Assembly: GCA_963845565.1 (NCBI GenBank) | Contig: CAWJSJ010000002.1 | Span: 2,400,001-2,464,000, forward strand | Reading direction: 5' to 3' | DNA from: an uncultured Methylomirabilota bacterium | GTDB lineage: Bacteria > Methylomirabilota > Methylomirabilia > Methylomirabilales > 2-02-FULL-66-22 | Length of the DNA stretch: 64,000 bases | Part shown: positions 36,157-45,122 of the stretch, one piece after another | Numbering within the stretch: the first letter of the stretch is position 1 | Layout: the number at the start of each line of letters is the position of its first letter | Notes under the pieces: model-generated | Told to the model about the DNA's origin: nothing | Databases searched by the model: none | Seen by the model: the letters and a program-made list of their open reading frames with translations, nothing else | Position numbers and translations under genes: made by a program

Positions 36157-36824
36157 CGGAAGGCGGCGGTGAACCGCACGGGTCGGACCGCCGGTCCCGG
36201 ATCGGGCTGCCGGTAGGGATCGGCATCGGCGCTTCCGCGGGGGGGCCTCGCGCTCTCTTGACCTTGCTCACCGACCTGCGGCTTCCGCGATCCGCCTTCG
36301 CGTTCTTGGTCCAGCACATCCATCCGAAATTCACCAGCATTCTGGGTCGTCGGCTCAACGAGGCGGCGTCCATTCCGGTGGAAGAGGCGCAGGACGACGC
36401 CGCGGCCAAGCCCGGACGAGTGTATCTGGCGCCGGGCGGGCGACACCTTGTGGTGGAGCGGGGCTGGCCCGGTGTGTTTCGGATGCGCTTGACCGACCGG
36501 CCTCCGCGCCATGGTGTCCGCCCCTCGGTGGACGAATTGTTTCTGTCGCTGGCGGCCGTCTTCGGGCCGCGGTCCATCGGTGTGGTGCTGACCGGGATGG
36601 GGCGCGACGGGCTCGAGGGGGCCAGGGCCATCAAGGCCCAGGGGGGCACGGTTCTCGCCGAGGCGGAGGCGACCTGTGTCGTGTACGGGATGCCGCGGGT
36701 GCTGGCGGAGGCCGGTCTGACGGATCGCCTGATTCCCATCGACGAGATGGCTACGGCTATCCGTGAGGTCTCGTCGGCGGTGGCCGACGTGCGCCATTCG
36801 GCCGCGACCCCGGGTCAAGGGTAG
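36153..36824 (+). CDS. cheB: CheB methylesterase lacking a receiver domain
   Basis: GASAGG (Ser), VQH (His), RPSVD, LTGMGRDG (Asp), VVYGMP. Confidence 0.88.
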   Translation: MTEGGGEPHGSDRRSRIGLPVGIGIGASAGGPRALLTLLTDLRLPRSAFAFLVQHIHPKFTSILGRRLNEAASIPVEEAQDDAAAKPGRVYLAPGGRHLVVERGWPGVFRMRLTDRPPRHGVRPSVDELFLSLAAVFGPRSIGVVLTGMGRDGLEGARAIKAQGGTVLAEAEATCVVYGMPRVLAEAGLTDRLIPIDEMATAIREVSSAVADVRHSAATPGQG

Positions 36825-36830
36825 ATCGCC

Positions 36831-38867
36831 ATGGACATGTCGAAGTACGTCAAGATGTACGTCAGCGAATCCCGGGACCGGCTGCAGCGCATGGATGGGC
36901 TCCTGCTCACGCTCGAACAGGACCGCGGGGACCGCGGGGCCATCGACACCCTCTTCCGCGAAGCGCACTCCATCAAGGGGATGTCCGCCTCCATGGGGTA
37001 CGAGGAACTGGCCAAGGTCTCGCATCGCATGGAGGACTTCTTGGAGCAGTTCCGCGGCGGTACCGGGGCACTGGAGCGCCGCGGGGTGGACATTCTCTTC
37101 GAGGGGGTGGATCTGCTGCGGCGCGCGGTGGAGGAGATCGCGGCCGGATCGGCCCCGACGCTCGCCGCCGACGAGTACTTGGCCACGATGGCCTCTCTGG
37201 CGTTGACGAACGCGCCACGCCCAGCGGCGCCGCGCGAGGCGTCGCCGGTGCCGTCGATCTCACCCGGGCCGGCGGCAGGGGGAGCCTCCCCCGGGCGGAG
37301 CCAGTTCGCGGTGGATCTGCGGATCGCTCCGGACGCGCCGCTTCCCTCGGCGCGAGCGTATATCACCCTGCGGCGGGTCCGCGACCTGGGCGAGCTGATC
37401 CGATCCGCGCCGACCCTGGAGCAGGTTCAGTCCGGTCAGTTCTCCGGCGCGCTCTCCATCCTGGTGGCCACGACGCGCAGCGCGGGCGACGTGCAGGCGT
37501 TCCTGGCCGGCCTCCCCGACGTGGCCTCGGTGGTGGTGCGCCCAGCGGACGGTGGGGCAGCGCCCTCGTCCGCGGGGCCGGCCGCGCCGGCGGACGCACC
37601 GCCGTCCCCCGCTCGCCCGACGGAACCAGCGGAGCGCCCCCGGTCGGAGGCTGTCCGGTCGCCCGCCGAGGCGACACCGCCGATCGCCTCTCCGGCCGCA
37701 CCGCGCCCCGCGGCGGTTCCGCGCCGTCCGGTGACGATGATGCGGGTGGACACGCGCTTGCTGGACGACCTGATGGATCAGGTGGGCGAGCTCGTGACGG
37801 CCAACGGGTCGCTGCTGGAGGTCAGCCATGGGATCGACTCCCCGGGTCTTCACGAAAGCGCCGGACGGGTCGAGGGGCTGGTGAAGGCGCTGCAGCAGCA
37901 GGCAATGAAGCTCCGCATGATGCCCCTGGAAATGATCGCGGACCGCTTTCCTCGGGCGGTCCGCGACCTCGCCAAGAAGCGCGGCAAGGAGGTGACGTTC
38001 GAGGTCCTGGGCAAGGAGACCGAACTGGATCGGGCGATCCTGGAGGAGTTGCCCGACCCGATTCTCCATATCCTGCGGAACGCCATCGATCACGGGATCG
38101 AACCCGCCGAGGAGCGGGTGCGGCGAGGCAAGCCTCCCGTGGGGACGATTCGTCTGGAGGCGATGAAAGAGCGCGAGAGTGTGCTGATCCGGGTCGCCGA
38201 CGACGGTCGGGGCATCGACCCGGCAGTCCTCCGCCGGGTGGCGATGGAGCGAAACGTGATCAGCCGTGAGCAGGCCGAGACGCTGCCGGATTCCGAGGTC
38301 ATGATGCTGATCACGCTGCCGGGCTTCAGCACGGCCAAGGAGGTGACCGACCTCTCGGGCCGCGGCGTCGGGATGGACGTGGTGCGGGGTGCGGTCGAGT
38401 CGCTCCGAGGCAGCCTCGTCATCGAGTCGGTGATCAACCAGGGGACGACGTTCACGCTCAAGCTGCCCCTGACGTTGGTGGTGGTCGCCGTTCTCCTGGT
38501 CGCCGTCGGCGAGGAGCGGTACGCCCTGCCCGTGTCCACGGTTGAGCAGATCCTCGAGATTCGGCCGGAGGAGATCCAGCGCGCCCAGGCGCAGGAGGTG
38601 TTCGCGCGGGACGGGGTGCTCCTGCCGCTGGTGCAGCTCCGGCAACTGCTGGGAGCGCCGGCGGTGGACGGCGCGGCGGCGCGGCTGGTGGTGGTCTGCG
38701 AGATGCGCGGGCGCCTGATTGGCCTGGTCGTCGACCGCTTCATCGGCTATCGTGAGGCCGTGGTCAAGCCGCTGGACAAGGCCCTGAAGGGGGTACGAGG
38801 GTTCGCCGGTGTGACCATCCTGGGGGACGGGAGCACGGTGCTCATCCTGGATCTCAACACGCTATGA
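36831..38867 (+). CDS. cheA: Chemotaxis histidine kinase CheA
   Basis: Hpt FREAHSIKG, P2-like region, HILRNAIDHG, GFSTA, GRGVGMD, C-terminal CheW domain. Confidence 0.96.
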   Translation: MDMSKYVKMYVSESRDRLQRMDGLLLTLEQDRGDRGAIDTLFREAHSIKGMSASMGYEELAKVSHRMEDFLEQFRGGTGALERRGVDILFEGVDLLRRAVEEIAAGSAPTLAADEYLATMASLALTNAPRPAAPREASPVPSISPGPAAGGASPGRSQFAVDLRIAPDAPLPSARAYITLRRVRDLGELIRSAPTLEQVQSGQFSGALSILVATTRSAGDVQAFLAGLPDVASVVVRPADGGAAPSSAGPAAPADAPPSPARPTEPAERPRSEAVRSPAEATPPIASPAAPRPAAVPRRPVTMMRVDTRLLDDLMDQVGELVTANGSLLEVSHGIDSPGLHESAGRVEGLVKALQQQAMKLRMMPLEMIADRFPRAVRDLAKKRGKEVTFEVLGKETELDRAILEELPDPILHILRNAIDHGIEPAEERVRRGKPPVGTIRLEAMKERESVLIRVADDGRGIDPAVLRRVAMERNVISREQAETLPDSEVMMLITLPGFSTAKEVTDLSGRGVGMDVVRGAVESLRGSLVIESVINQGTTFTLKLPLTLVVVAVLLVAVGEERYALPVSTVEQILEIRPEEIQRAQAQEVFARDGVLLPLVQLRQLLGAPAVDGAAARLVVVCEMRGRLIGLVVDRFIGYREAVVKPLDKALKGVRGFAGVTILGDGSTVLILDLNTL

Positions 38868-38958
38868 TCCCGACCGGGACCGGGTGTCTCGGCCCCAGGC
38901 GGCAGCGGGGAGTCCGGCCGGCAGGTCGCGCGGGGCGCCGGGGGTGACTGGGGCGGCA

Positions 38959-39588
38959 ATGGCAGAACGGGGCGGAGTCCTGTCACCGGACGTGGCGCGG
39001 GTCCAGGGGATCAGCGACCGCAGCCTGTCGCGGGCGGAACGATCGCTCGGCACGATGCTCGGCCATTCGGTGCGTTTCGCGGTCCGGGGGGTGCACGCAG
39101 TATCGTCCAGCGCGTTGCCCTCCCTGGCCGAGGACGCCGAGCGGGACCGGTTGGCCGTGCTGCGGTTTCGGATTCTGGGCCAAGGGAGCGGGTGGATCCT
39201 GCTCTTGCTTTCCCGACCCACGATCTACCGTCTGCTACAGTTGCTGATGGGTGCGCCCGCGAATCCGCGTGACCTTACCGAGATCGAGCGTTCGGCGGTG
39301 CGAGAGGTGGGGAACCTCCTGGCATCGTCCTTCCTGAGCGAACTGGGCGACCTGGTGGGCCGGCGCCTGATGCCTTCGCCGCCGGAGCTGCATTTCGAGC
39401 AGGTGCCCCGCGTCGTGCGCGAGGTGCTGGCCTCGCTCCACGCTCTCGCCGCCGAGGTCGTGGTCATCCAGGCCCGCCTCGAGGATGCGGAGGGGGACAT
39501 TCACGGACGGTTCTTCGTGGTGCCCGAGGTCGGCGTCCTGGAGCCGATCGCGCGCGGCGCGGCGGAGGGCCGGGGGGTGATTCCATGA
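38959..39588 (+). CDS. cheC: CheC-family phosphatase
   Basis: SAVREVGNLL (one ExxN active-site motif), PSPP; downstream of cheA. Confidence 0.8.
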   Translation: MAERGGVLSPDVARVQGISDRSLSRAERSLGTMLGHSVRFAVRGVHAVSSSALPSLAEDAERDRLAVLRFRILGQGSGWILLLLSRPTIYRLLQLLMGAPANPRDLTEIERSAVREVGNLLASSFLSELGDLVGRRLMPSPPELHFEQVPRVVREVLASLHALAAEVVVIQARLEDAEGDIHGRFFVVPEVGVLEPIARGAAEGRGVIP

Positions 39589-40412
39589 CGACAACGATCG
39601 CGGCGCTGGATCCGGCCCTGCGGGGACGGTACGACGCGTTGCGCGACCTGTTGCGAGAGATGGGTCGGGTGGTGGTGGCGTTTTCCGGGGGCGTGGACAG
39701 CACGTTTCTCCTCGCGGTGGCCGTCGAGTGTTTGGGGGAGAACGCGCTGGCCGTGACGGGTGTGTCCCCCAGTCTGGCGGCGGCCGAGCGGGACGAGGCG
39801 GCAGCGCTCGCCGCGCGCCTTGGGGCGCGACATCGCTGGATCGAGACGGGAGAGATGGATCAGGCCGGATACGTGGCCAACGCGGCGGACCGCTGTTACT
39901 TCTGCAAGGCCGATCTATTCGGGCGACTCCAGGCGCTGGCGCGCGGCGACGGCTATCCGTGGGTGGTGGAGGGGGCAAACCTGGACGACCTCGGCGATCT
40001 GCGCCCCGGCCGCCAGGCCGCACGCGAGCAGGGGGTGCGGAGTCCGCTCCTGGAGGCCGGCCTCAACAAGGCGGGTATCCGGGCGCTCTCCCGGGCGCTC
40101 GGCCTCCCTACCTGGGAGAAGCCTGCCATGGCCTGCCTGGCCTCGCGGATTCCGCACGGGACTCCCGTGACGATCGAGCGGCTCGGCCAGGTGGAGCGGG
40201 CCGAGGCCGCGCTGCGCGCGCTGGGCTTTCGCTCGGTCCGGGTGCGTCACCACGAGATGATCGCGCGCATCGAGTTGCCCCCCGACGAGCGCGCGCGGCT
40301 CCTCGATCCGGCCGTCGGAGGCGAAGCGGTCCGGACGGTCAAAGCCGCCGGGTACCAGTACGTCGTCTTGGACCTGGAAGGCTATCGCCCCGGGGGCCGG
40401 CCCACGCCGTAG
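39585..40412 (+). CDS. larE: ATP-dependent sulfur transferase LarE (TIGR00268)
   Basis: AFSGGVDS PP-loop, CYFCK, RPG, CLASRIP, VRVRHH. Confidence 0.9.
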   Translation: MTTTIAALDPALRGRYDALRDLLREMGRVVVAFSGGVDSTFLLAVAVECLGENALAVTGVSPSLAAAERDEAAALAARLGARHRWIETGEMDQAGYVANAADRCYFCKADLFGRLQALARGDGYPWVVEGANLDDLGDLRPGRQAAREQGVRSPLLEAGLNKAGIRALSRALGLPTWEKPAMACLASRIPHGTPVTIERLGQVERAEAALRALGFRSVRVRHHEMIARIELPPDERARLLDPAVGGEAVRTVKAAGYQYVVLDLEGYRPGGRPTP

Positions 40413-40430
40413 ATGTGTCAGAACCATCCG

Positions 40431-40796
40431 TCACGCGGCGGGCGGACGACCTGCGGCGCGATGGGGCGTGAAGACAGGGTACAGTTCCAGCTTGGTTTCG
40501 CTCGCCCGCAGGTTGTAGTCCTCGACCAGCGCCTCGGCCTGGCGCAGGTACTCCGGCTGCCACAGCTCCAATCGGAAGCCGAGGTTATCGGAGAACTCGC
40601 CGATCGTCCTCCACCAGAGCCGGATCCCGAACAGCCGCTGCGGCGCGGCCAGCCGCCGGGGCTGGTCCGACGGTCGGTAGCGGCCCTTGGTGACGCTCCA
40701 GGCCAGCCGCGAGGTAACCTCGGGCCCGAAGTGCTTCTTCACGAGTGACTCGACCAGGGCGGCGTTTGCCCTGCCGGCGTTCCGGATTTCGACCAT
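40431..40796 (-). CDS. Hypothetical protein (121 aa)
   Basis: ATG with GAGGGG SD; GC3-biased codons; globular composition. Confidence 0.6.
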   Translation of the reverse strand: MVEIRNAGRANAALVESLVKKHFGPEVTSRLAWSVTKGRYRPSDQPRRLAAPQRLFGIRLWWRTIGEFSDNLGFRLELWQPEYLRQAEALVEDYNLRASETKLELYPVFTPHRAAGRPPAA

Positions 40797-41040
40797 GGTT
40801 CACCCCTCTGGTGGCGCGGTTCCCCGCGACGGTAAGCCCAAGCACCGGGCTCCTGGCACCTCCTCCGTACCGTGGATCTTTACTCCAAATAGACCCGATC
40901 TGCAAGGAGTTCATGCCGACAGCCGGTCGCGGTGGAAACGCGAGAACCATGGTCGGGAGTTCAACCGTCGTTGTGGAACGGCAGGCGCGGGGTCGCCAGG
41001 CGGAGGGGTCAGGAAAGCCTGACATTGCGCCGCCGCCGGG

Positions 41041-41070
41041 TTGATTCTTTGCGCCGATTTCCCGTATACT
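41041..41070 (+). promoter_or_regulatory. Putative sigma70 promoter of the sugar operon
   Basis: TTGATT-18 bp-TATACT. Confidence 0.45.
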
Positions 41071-41160
41071 CTCCCGGCGTGTCGCGACGCCCCGGGGCGT
41101 GTGTCCGGGGAATCGCCGCTCTTCCCGTGTGTCGCTCCCCTAGCTGTGGAGGTCGTCATC

Positions 41161-42192
41161 ATGAAAGCACTGGTCCACACCGCCCCCCTAAAGTTCGAGC
41201 TTCGGGACGTCCCGGTTCCACAGCCCCAAGAGCAGGAGGTCCGCATCCGCGTCCAGGCCGTCGGCATCTGCGGCTCCGATGTCCACGGGTACACCGGCAC
41301 CACCGGCCGTCGCATCCCGCCCATCATCATGGGCCACGAGGCCTCGGGGGTGGTGGAAAGCGTGGGGCGGGCGGTGACGGGCATCGCCCCCGGCGAGCGC
41401 GTGACGTTCGATTCCACGGTCTATTGCAATCAATGCCCCGCCTGCCGCCTGGGGCACGTGAACCTGTGTCAGACTCGGAAGATCATCGGGGTCTCGACGC
41501 CGACGTTCCGCGCCGAAGGGGCCATGGCGGAGTACGTCGTGGTTCCCTCCTGGATCATCCACAAGTTGCCGCCCGCGGTGTCCTTCGAAGAGGCGGCGAT
41601 GATCGAGCCCGCCGGTGTCGGGATGCACGCCGCGCGGATCACGCCCATCGACGTCAATGATGTCGTAGTGGTCGTCGGGGCGGGTCAGATCGGCCTCTTG
41701 ACCGGCCAGGGTGCACGCATCAAGGGCGCCGGGACGCTGGTGTTCATGGACGTCAAAGACGACCGGTTGGCCTTCGCCAAGAAGATGGGAGCAGACCTGG
41801 TCATCAATACCGCGAACGGGGACCCGGCGGAGGCGCTCCAGAAGGCCATCGGCCGACCGGATGCCGACGTGGTCTTCGAGGCGGTGGGGCTCGAGGCCAC
41901 CGTCGCCATGAGCATCCGGCTCACCAAGCTGGGCGGGAACCTCACGCTCATCGGGAACGTGACGCCGAAGATCCAGGTGAATCTGCAGGAGATCATCTCG
42001 CGCGAGGTGACGATCCGGGGTTCGGCGGCGATTGCGGGCGAGTACCCGGCGTGCCTCAACCTGATCGCGCAAGGCCGGCTGCAGGTGAAGCCGCTCATCA
42101 GCCGGATTCTGCCGCTGTCGGAGGGGCAAGCGTCCTTCGACGCCCTGCACCACGGGGAGCCGGGTCTGATGAAGATCCTGTTGCGGCCGTGA
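41161..42192 (+). CDS. Zn-dependent polyol dehydrogenase (MDR family)
   Basis: GICGSD, GHE, CxxCxxCx7C, GAGQIG. Confidence 0.9.
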   Translation: MKALVHTAPLKFELRDVPVPQPQEQEVRIRVQAVGICGSDVHGYTGTTGRRIPPIIMGHEASGVVESVGRAVTGIAPGERVTFDSTVYCNQCPACRLGHVNLCQTRKIIGVSTPTFRAEGAMAEYVVVPSWIIHKLPPAVSFEEAAMIEPAGVGMHAARITPIDVNDVVVVVGAGQIGLLTGQGARIKGAGTLVFMDVKDDRLAFAKKMGADLVINTANGDPAEALQKAIGRPDADVVFEAVGLEATVAMSIRLTKLGGNLTLIGNVTPKIQVNLQEIISREVTIRGSAAIAGEYPACLNLIAQGRLQVKPLISRILPLSEGQASFDALHHGEPGLMKILLRP

Positions 42193-42198
42193 CGAGGA

Positions 42199-42276
42199 GG
42201 GCGCAAAGGGCAGAGCGCAGAGCGCCAAGGACAGACACGTAGGACGCCATGCGCTATGCGCCATGCGCTTGGCGCC
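42199..42276. repeat. Heptamer-repeat hairpin, AGAGCGC / ATGCGCY type
   Basis: AGGGCGC AAAGGGC AGAGCGC AGAGCGC ... CATGCGC TATGCGC CATGCGC TTGGCGC. Confidence 0.65.
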
Positions 42277-42293
42277 GGCGACCGGAGGTTGGG

Positions 42294-43085
42294 ATGGCCG
42301 GACAATTCGATCTGACCGGAAAGGTGGCCGTCGTCACGGGCGGCAGCCGGGGGTTGGGCCAATACTTCTCCCGCGCGCTGGCGCGGGCGGGGGCGGATGT
42401 CGCGATCACGAGTCGGACGCTCGAGGCGCTGGAACAGACCCGGACCGAGATCGAGGCGGTCGGTCGGACGGCCCTCCCCTGCGTGCTCGACACGCGGAAA
42501 ATGGAGACGATCCAGCCGATGGTGGACCACGTCCTGCGGCGGTTCGGTCGGATCGACATCCTGGTGAACAACGCGGGGTGCAATGTCCGAAAGCCGGCAG
42601 TGGACATGACGCCCGCGGACTGGGACACCGTGGTGGGGACAATCCTGCGGGGCGCCTTCTTCGTGTCCACGGCCGTGGCGCGCTCGGCCATGATCCCGCA
42701 GCGGCAGGGGCGGATCGTGAACATCGGCTCGGGCACCTCGCTCTTCGGGATGCCGGGCATCGCGCCGTACTGCGCGGCGCGTGGCGGCATGACGCAGATG
42801 ACGAAGGCCCTGGCGGCGGAATGGGCCCCGCTCGGTATCACCGTGAACGTGCTGGCGCCGGGGTGGTTCAAAACGCCGCAGACCGCCATCCTCTACGAGG
42901 ATCCGGAGTGGGTGAGCAGCACCGTCGCGAAGATCCCCGCGGGCCGCACGGGGCTTCCCAACGACATGGACGGCGCCGTGGTGTTCCTCGGCTCGGATGC
43001 CGCCGCATACGTCACCGGGCAGCTTCTCTTTGTGGATGGTGGCTTCAGTATCGGGGCGATGAGCGCGTTGCCGAAACAGAAGTGA
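42294..43085 (+). CDS. SDR oxidoreductase (gluconate 5-dehydrogenase/KduD-like)
   Basis: TGGSRGLG, NNAG, YCAAR (YxxxR variant), LAPGWF, VDGG. Confidence 0.88.
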   Translation: MAGQFDLTGKVAVVTGGSRGLGQYFSRALARAGADVAITSRTLEALEQTRTEIEAVGRTALPCVLDTRKMETIQPMVDHVLRRFGRIDILVNNAGCNVRKPAVDMTPADWDTVVGTILRGAFFVSTAVARSAMIPQRQGRIVNIGSGTSLFGMPGIAPYCAARGGMTQMTKALAAEWAPLGITVNVLAPGWFKTPQTAILYEDPEWVSSTVAKIPAGRTGLPNDMDGAVVFLGSDAAAYVTGQLLFVDGGFSIGAMSALPKQK

Positions 43086-43125
43086 AACGGGCGGACGAGG
43101 GAACGCAGTTCCTGGGGGAGCGAGT

Positions 43126-43974
43126 ATGGTGAACAACGACACGGTGAAGCGACTTCGGAGTATGGCGATGCAATTACGGGCCGACGTCGTGGAGATGATC
43201 GGCGTGGGCAAGGCGGGGCACCTGGGCGGGTCGGTTTCGCTGGGCGAGATCGTGGCCACGCTCTATTTCCACCAGATGCGGTTCGATCCGAAACGCATCA
43301 CGGACCCGAACCGCGACCGGTTCCTGCTCAGCAAGGGGCATGCGGTGCTCATCCAGTATGCCGCCCTGATCGAGCTTGGCGTCATCCCGCGCGCCGAGAT
43401 CAAGCAGGTGAAGACCCTGGCCGGTCTGCTCCAGGGGCATCCGGACATGGCCAAGACGCCCGGCATGGAAGCCGTCACCGGCTCCCTGGGGCAGGGCCTG
43501 TCCATCGGGGTGGGTATGGCCCTTGGGCTACGGCTGGATCAGCGTCCGAGCCGGGTGTATGTCATCATGGGGGACGGGGAACTCTCGGAGGGACAGCTCT
43601 GGGAGGCCGCCATGGCGGCACCCCGGTTCCAGGTGGACAACCTCACCGGCATCGTGGATCGGAACCGGGTCCAGGCGACCGGCCCCACCAAGGACATCTT
43701 CGACATTCCGAACATCGAGCAGAAATGGGAGGCCTTCGGCTGGCACGTGATCACGGTGAACGGCCACGACGTGGCGGCGGTCATCGCGGCACTGGAGGCC
43801 GCCGAGCAGGTGAAGGGGCGCCCCACGGTCATCGTGGCCGACACGGTGAAGGGCAAGGATATCTCCTTTGCCGAGAACAATGCCGCCTTCCACAACGGAA
43901 TCATGACCGAGGAACAATACCGGCAGGCCATGGCCGAGCTCGATGCGCGGCGGGCCGAGATCGAACGACTCTAG
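43126..43974 (+). CDS. Transketolase, N-terminal (TPP-binding) subunit
   Basis: GHLGG, LSKGH, QGHP, GSLGQG, GDGE...N. Confidence 0.93.
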   Translation: MVNNDTVKRLRSMAMQLRADVVEMIGVGKAGHLGGSVSLGEIVATLYFHQMRFDPKRITDPNRDRFLLSKGHAVLIQYAALIELGVIPRAEIKQVKTLAGLLQGHPDMAKTPGMEAVTGSLGQGLSIGVGMALGLRLDQRPSRVYVIMGDGELSEGQLWEAAMAAPRFQVDNLTGIVDRNRVQATGPTKDIFDIPNIEQKWEAFGWHVITVNGHDVAAVIAALEAAEQVKGRPTVIVADTVKGKDISFAENNAAFHNGIMTEEQYRQAMAELDARRAEIERL

Positions 43975-43986
43975 GAGGGGACCAGC

Positions 43987-44934
43987 ATGGCACCGGTGAA
44001 GAACCTTCGTGAAGCGTATGGCCAGGGCCTGGTCGCCCTGGGAAAACAGAATCGGGATGTCGTGGCACTCGAGGCTGATCTCGGAAAGTCGACCCGCTCG
44101 ATTCTCTTCCAGGCGGAGTTTCCGGAGCGGTACTTCGAGATGGGGATTGCGGAGCAGAACATGGCCTCCACCGCAGCGGGCCTGGCCCTGGTGGGGAAGA
44201 TCCCCTTCATGCATTCCTTTGCGGTGTTCGCCTCGGGACGCGCCTTCGACCAGCTGCGCAACGCGGTCTGCATCCCGGGGCTGAACGTGCGGATCTGCGG
44301 CTCCAGCTGCGGTCTGTCGGACTTCGGCGACGGCAAGACGCATCAGGCCCTGGAGGACGTGGCCATCATGCGGGCGCTCCCGGGGATGACGGTGCTGAGT
44401 CCGGTAGACGCCACTGAAGTGGCGAAGATGATGGCCTGCGTGCTGGACTGGAAGGGTCCCGTGTACCTGCGGATCAACCGGAACGACCTGCCGTTCGTCA
44501 CCCCGGACAGCGAGCCGTACCACATCGGGAAGGTCTGGAAGCTCCGGGAGGGGTCCGACGCCGCGGTGTTTGCAAACGGCGTCATGGTGTCCCGGGCGTT
44601 GGAGGCGGCCGAGGCGCTCGCCAAGGAGGGGGTGTCGGTCCGGGTGTTGAATGTCAGCACGATCAAGCCGCTGGACCGCGACGCAGTGATTGCCCACGCG
44701 GCGGGGGTGCGGGCCATCGTCGTCGCCGAGGAGGCGAATATCATCGGAGGGCTGGGGTCGGCGGTGGTCGAGGCGGTGCGGGGTGTGCGGCACGCGCCGG
44801 TGGAATTCGTCGGCGTCCGGGACCGCTTCGGCACCTCCGCGGAGAACTACGAGATCCTGCTGGACCACTACGGTCTCACGACGCAGGCGGTGACGGAAGC
44901 TGTGCGGTGCCTCTTAGGAGCCGTTACGAAATAA
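43987..44934 (+). CDS. Transketolase, C-terminal subunit
   Basis: ADLGKST, GIAEQNM, DGKTHQ, GPVYLR, GGLGS. Confidence 0.93.
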   Translation: MAPVKNLREAYGQGLVALGKQNRDVVALEADLGKSTRSILFQAEFPERYFEMGIAEQNMASTAAGLALVGKIPFMHSFAVFASGRAFDQLRNAVCIPGLNVRICGSSCGLSDFGDGKTHQALEDVAIMRALPGMTVLSPVDATEVAKMMACVLDWKGPVYLRINRNDLPFVTPDSEPYHIGKVWKLREGSDAAVFANGVMVSRALEAAEALAKEGVSVRVLNVSTIKPLDRDAVIAHAAGVRAIVVAEEANIIGGLGSAVVEAVRGVRHAPVEFVGVRDRFGTSAENYEILLDHYGLTTQAVTEAVRCLLGAVTK

Positions 44935-45018
44935 CCTCTACATCTCTTTCTATTTCGTTACGGCTCCTTATGCCGTTTCGGAATGTCTCCGCTCAACTTA
45001 TTCTTTGACAACGGCTTA
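44914..45018 (-). mobile_element. Bipartite ~105-bp MITE-like repeat, copy 4 (inverted; encodes the transketolase C-terminus)
   Basis: Reverse complement of the copy at 33749; TTA GGA GCC GTT ACG AAA TAA = LGAVTK*. Confidence 0.85.
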
Positions 45019-45061
45019 GCAAACGCGTGAGGTTCGAGCGACCAGGGCATCGTTGTCCCGT

Positions 45062-45105
45062 AATGACGACACCCCTTCCGGCCTACCGGAAGGGGTGTCG
45101 TCATT
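45062..45105. terminator. 20-bp perfect hairpin between convergent genes
   Basis: AATGACGACACCCCTTCCGG-ccta-CCGGAAGGGGTGTCGTCATT. Confidence 0.7.
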
Positions 45106-45122
45106 TCTTGGGATACCCTTGG

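Noticed and set aside
40800..41040. Possible structured RNA (GTCAGG-AAAG-CCTGAC hairpin) or sigma54 promoter
   Set aside because: Only an isolated hairpin; GG-GC spacing does not fit -24/-12
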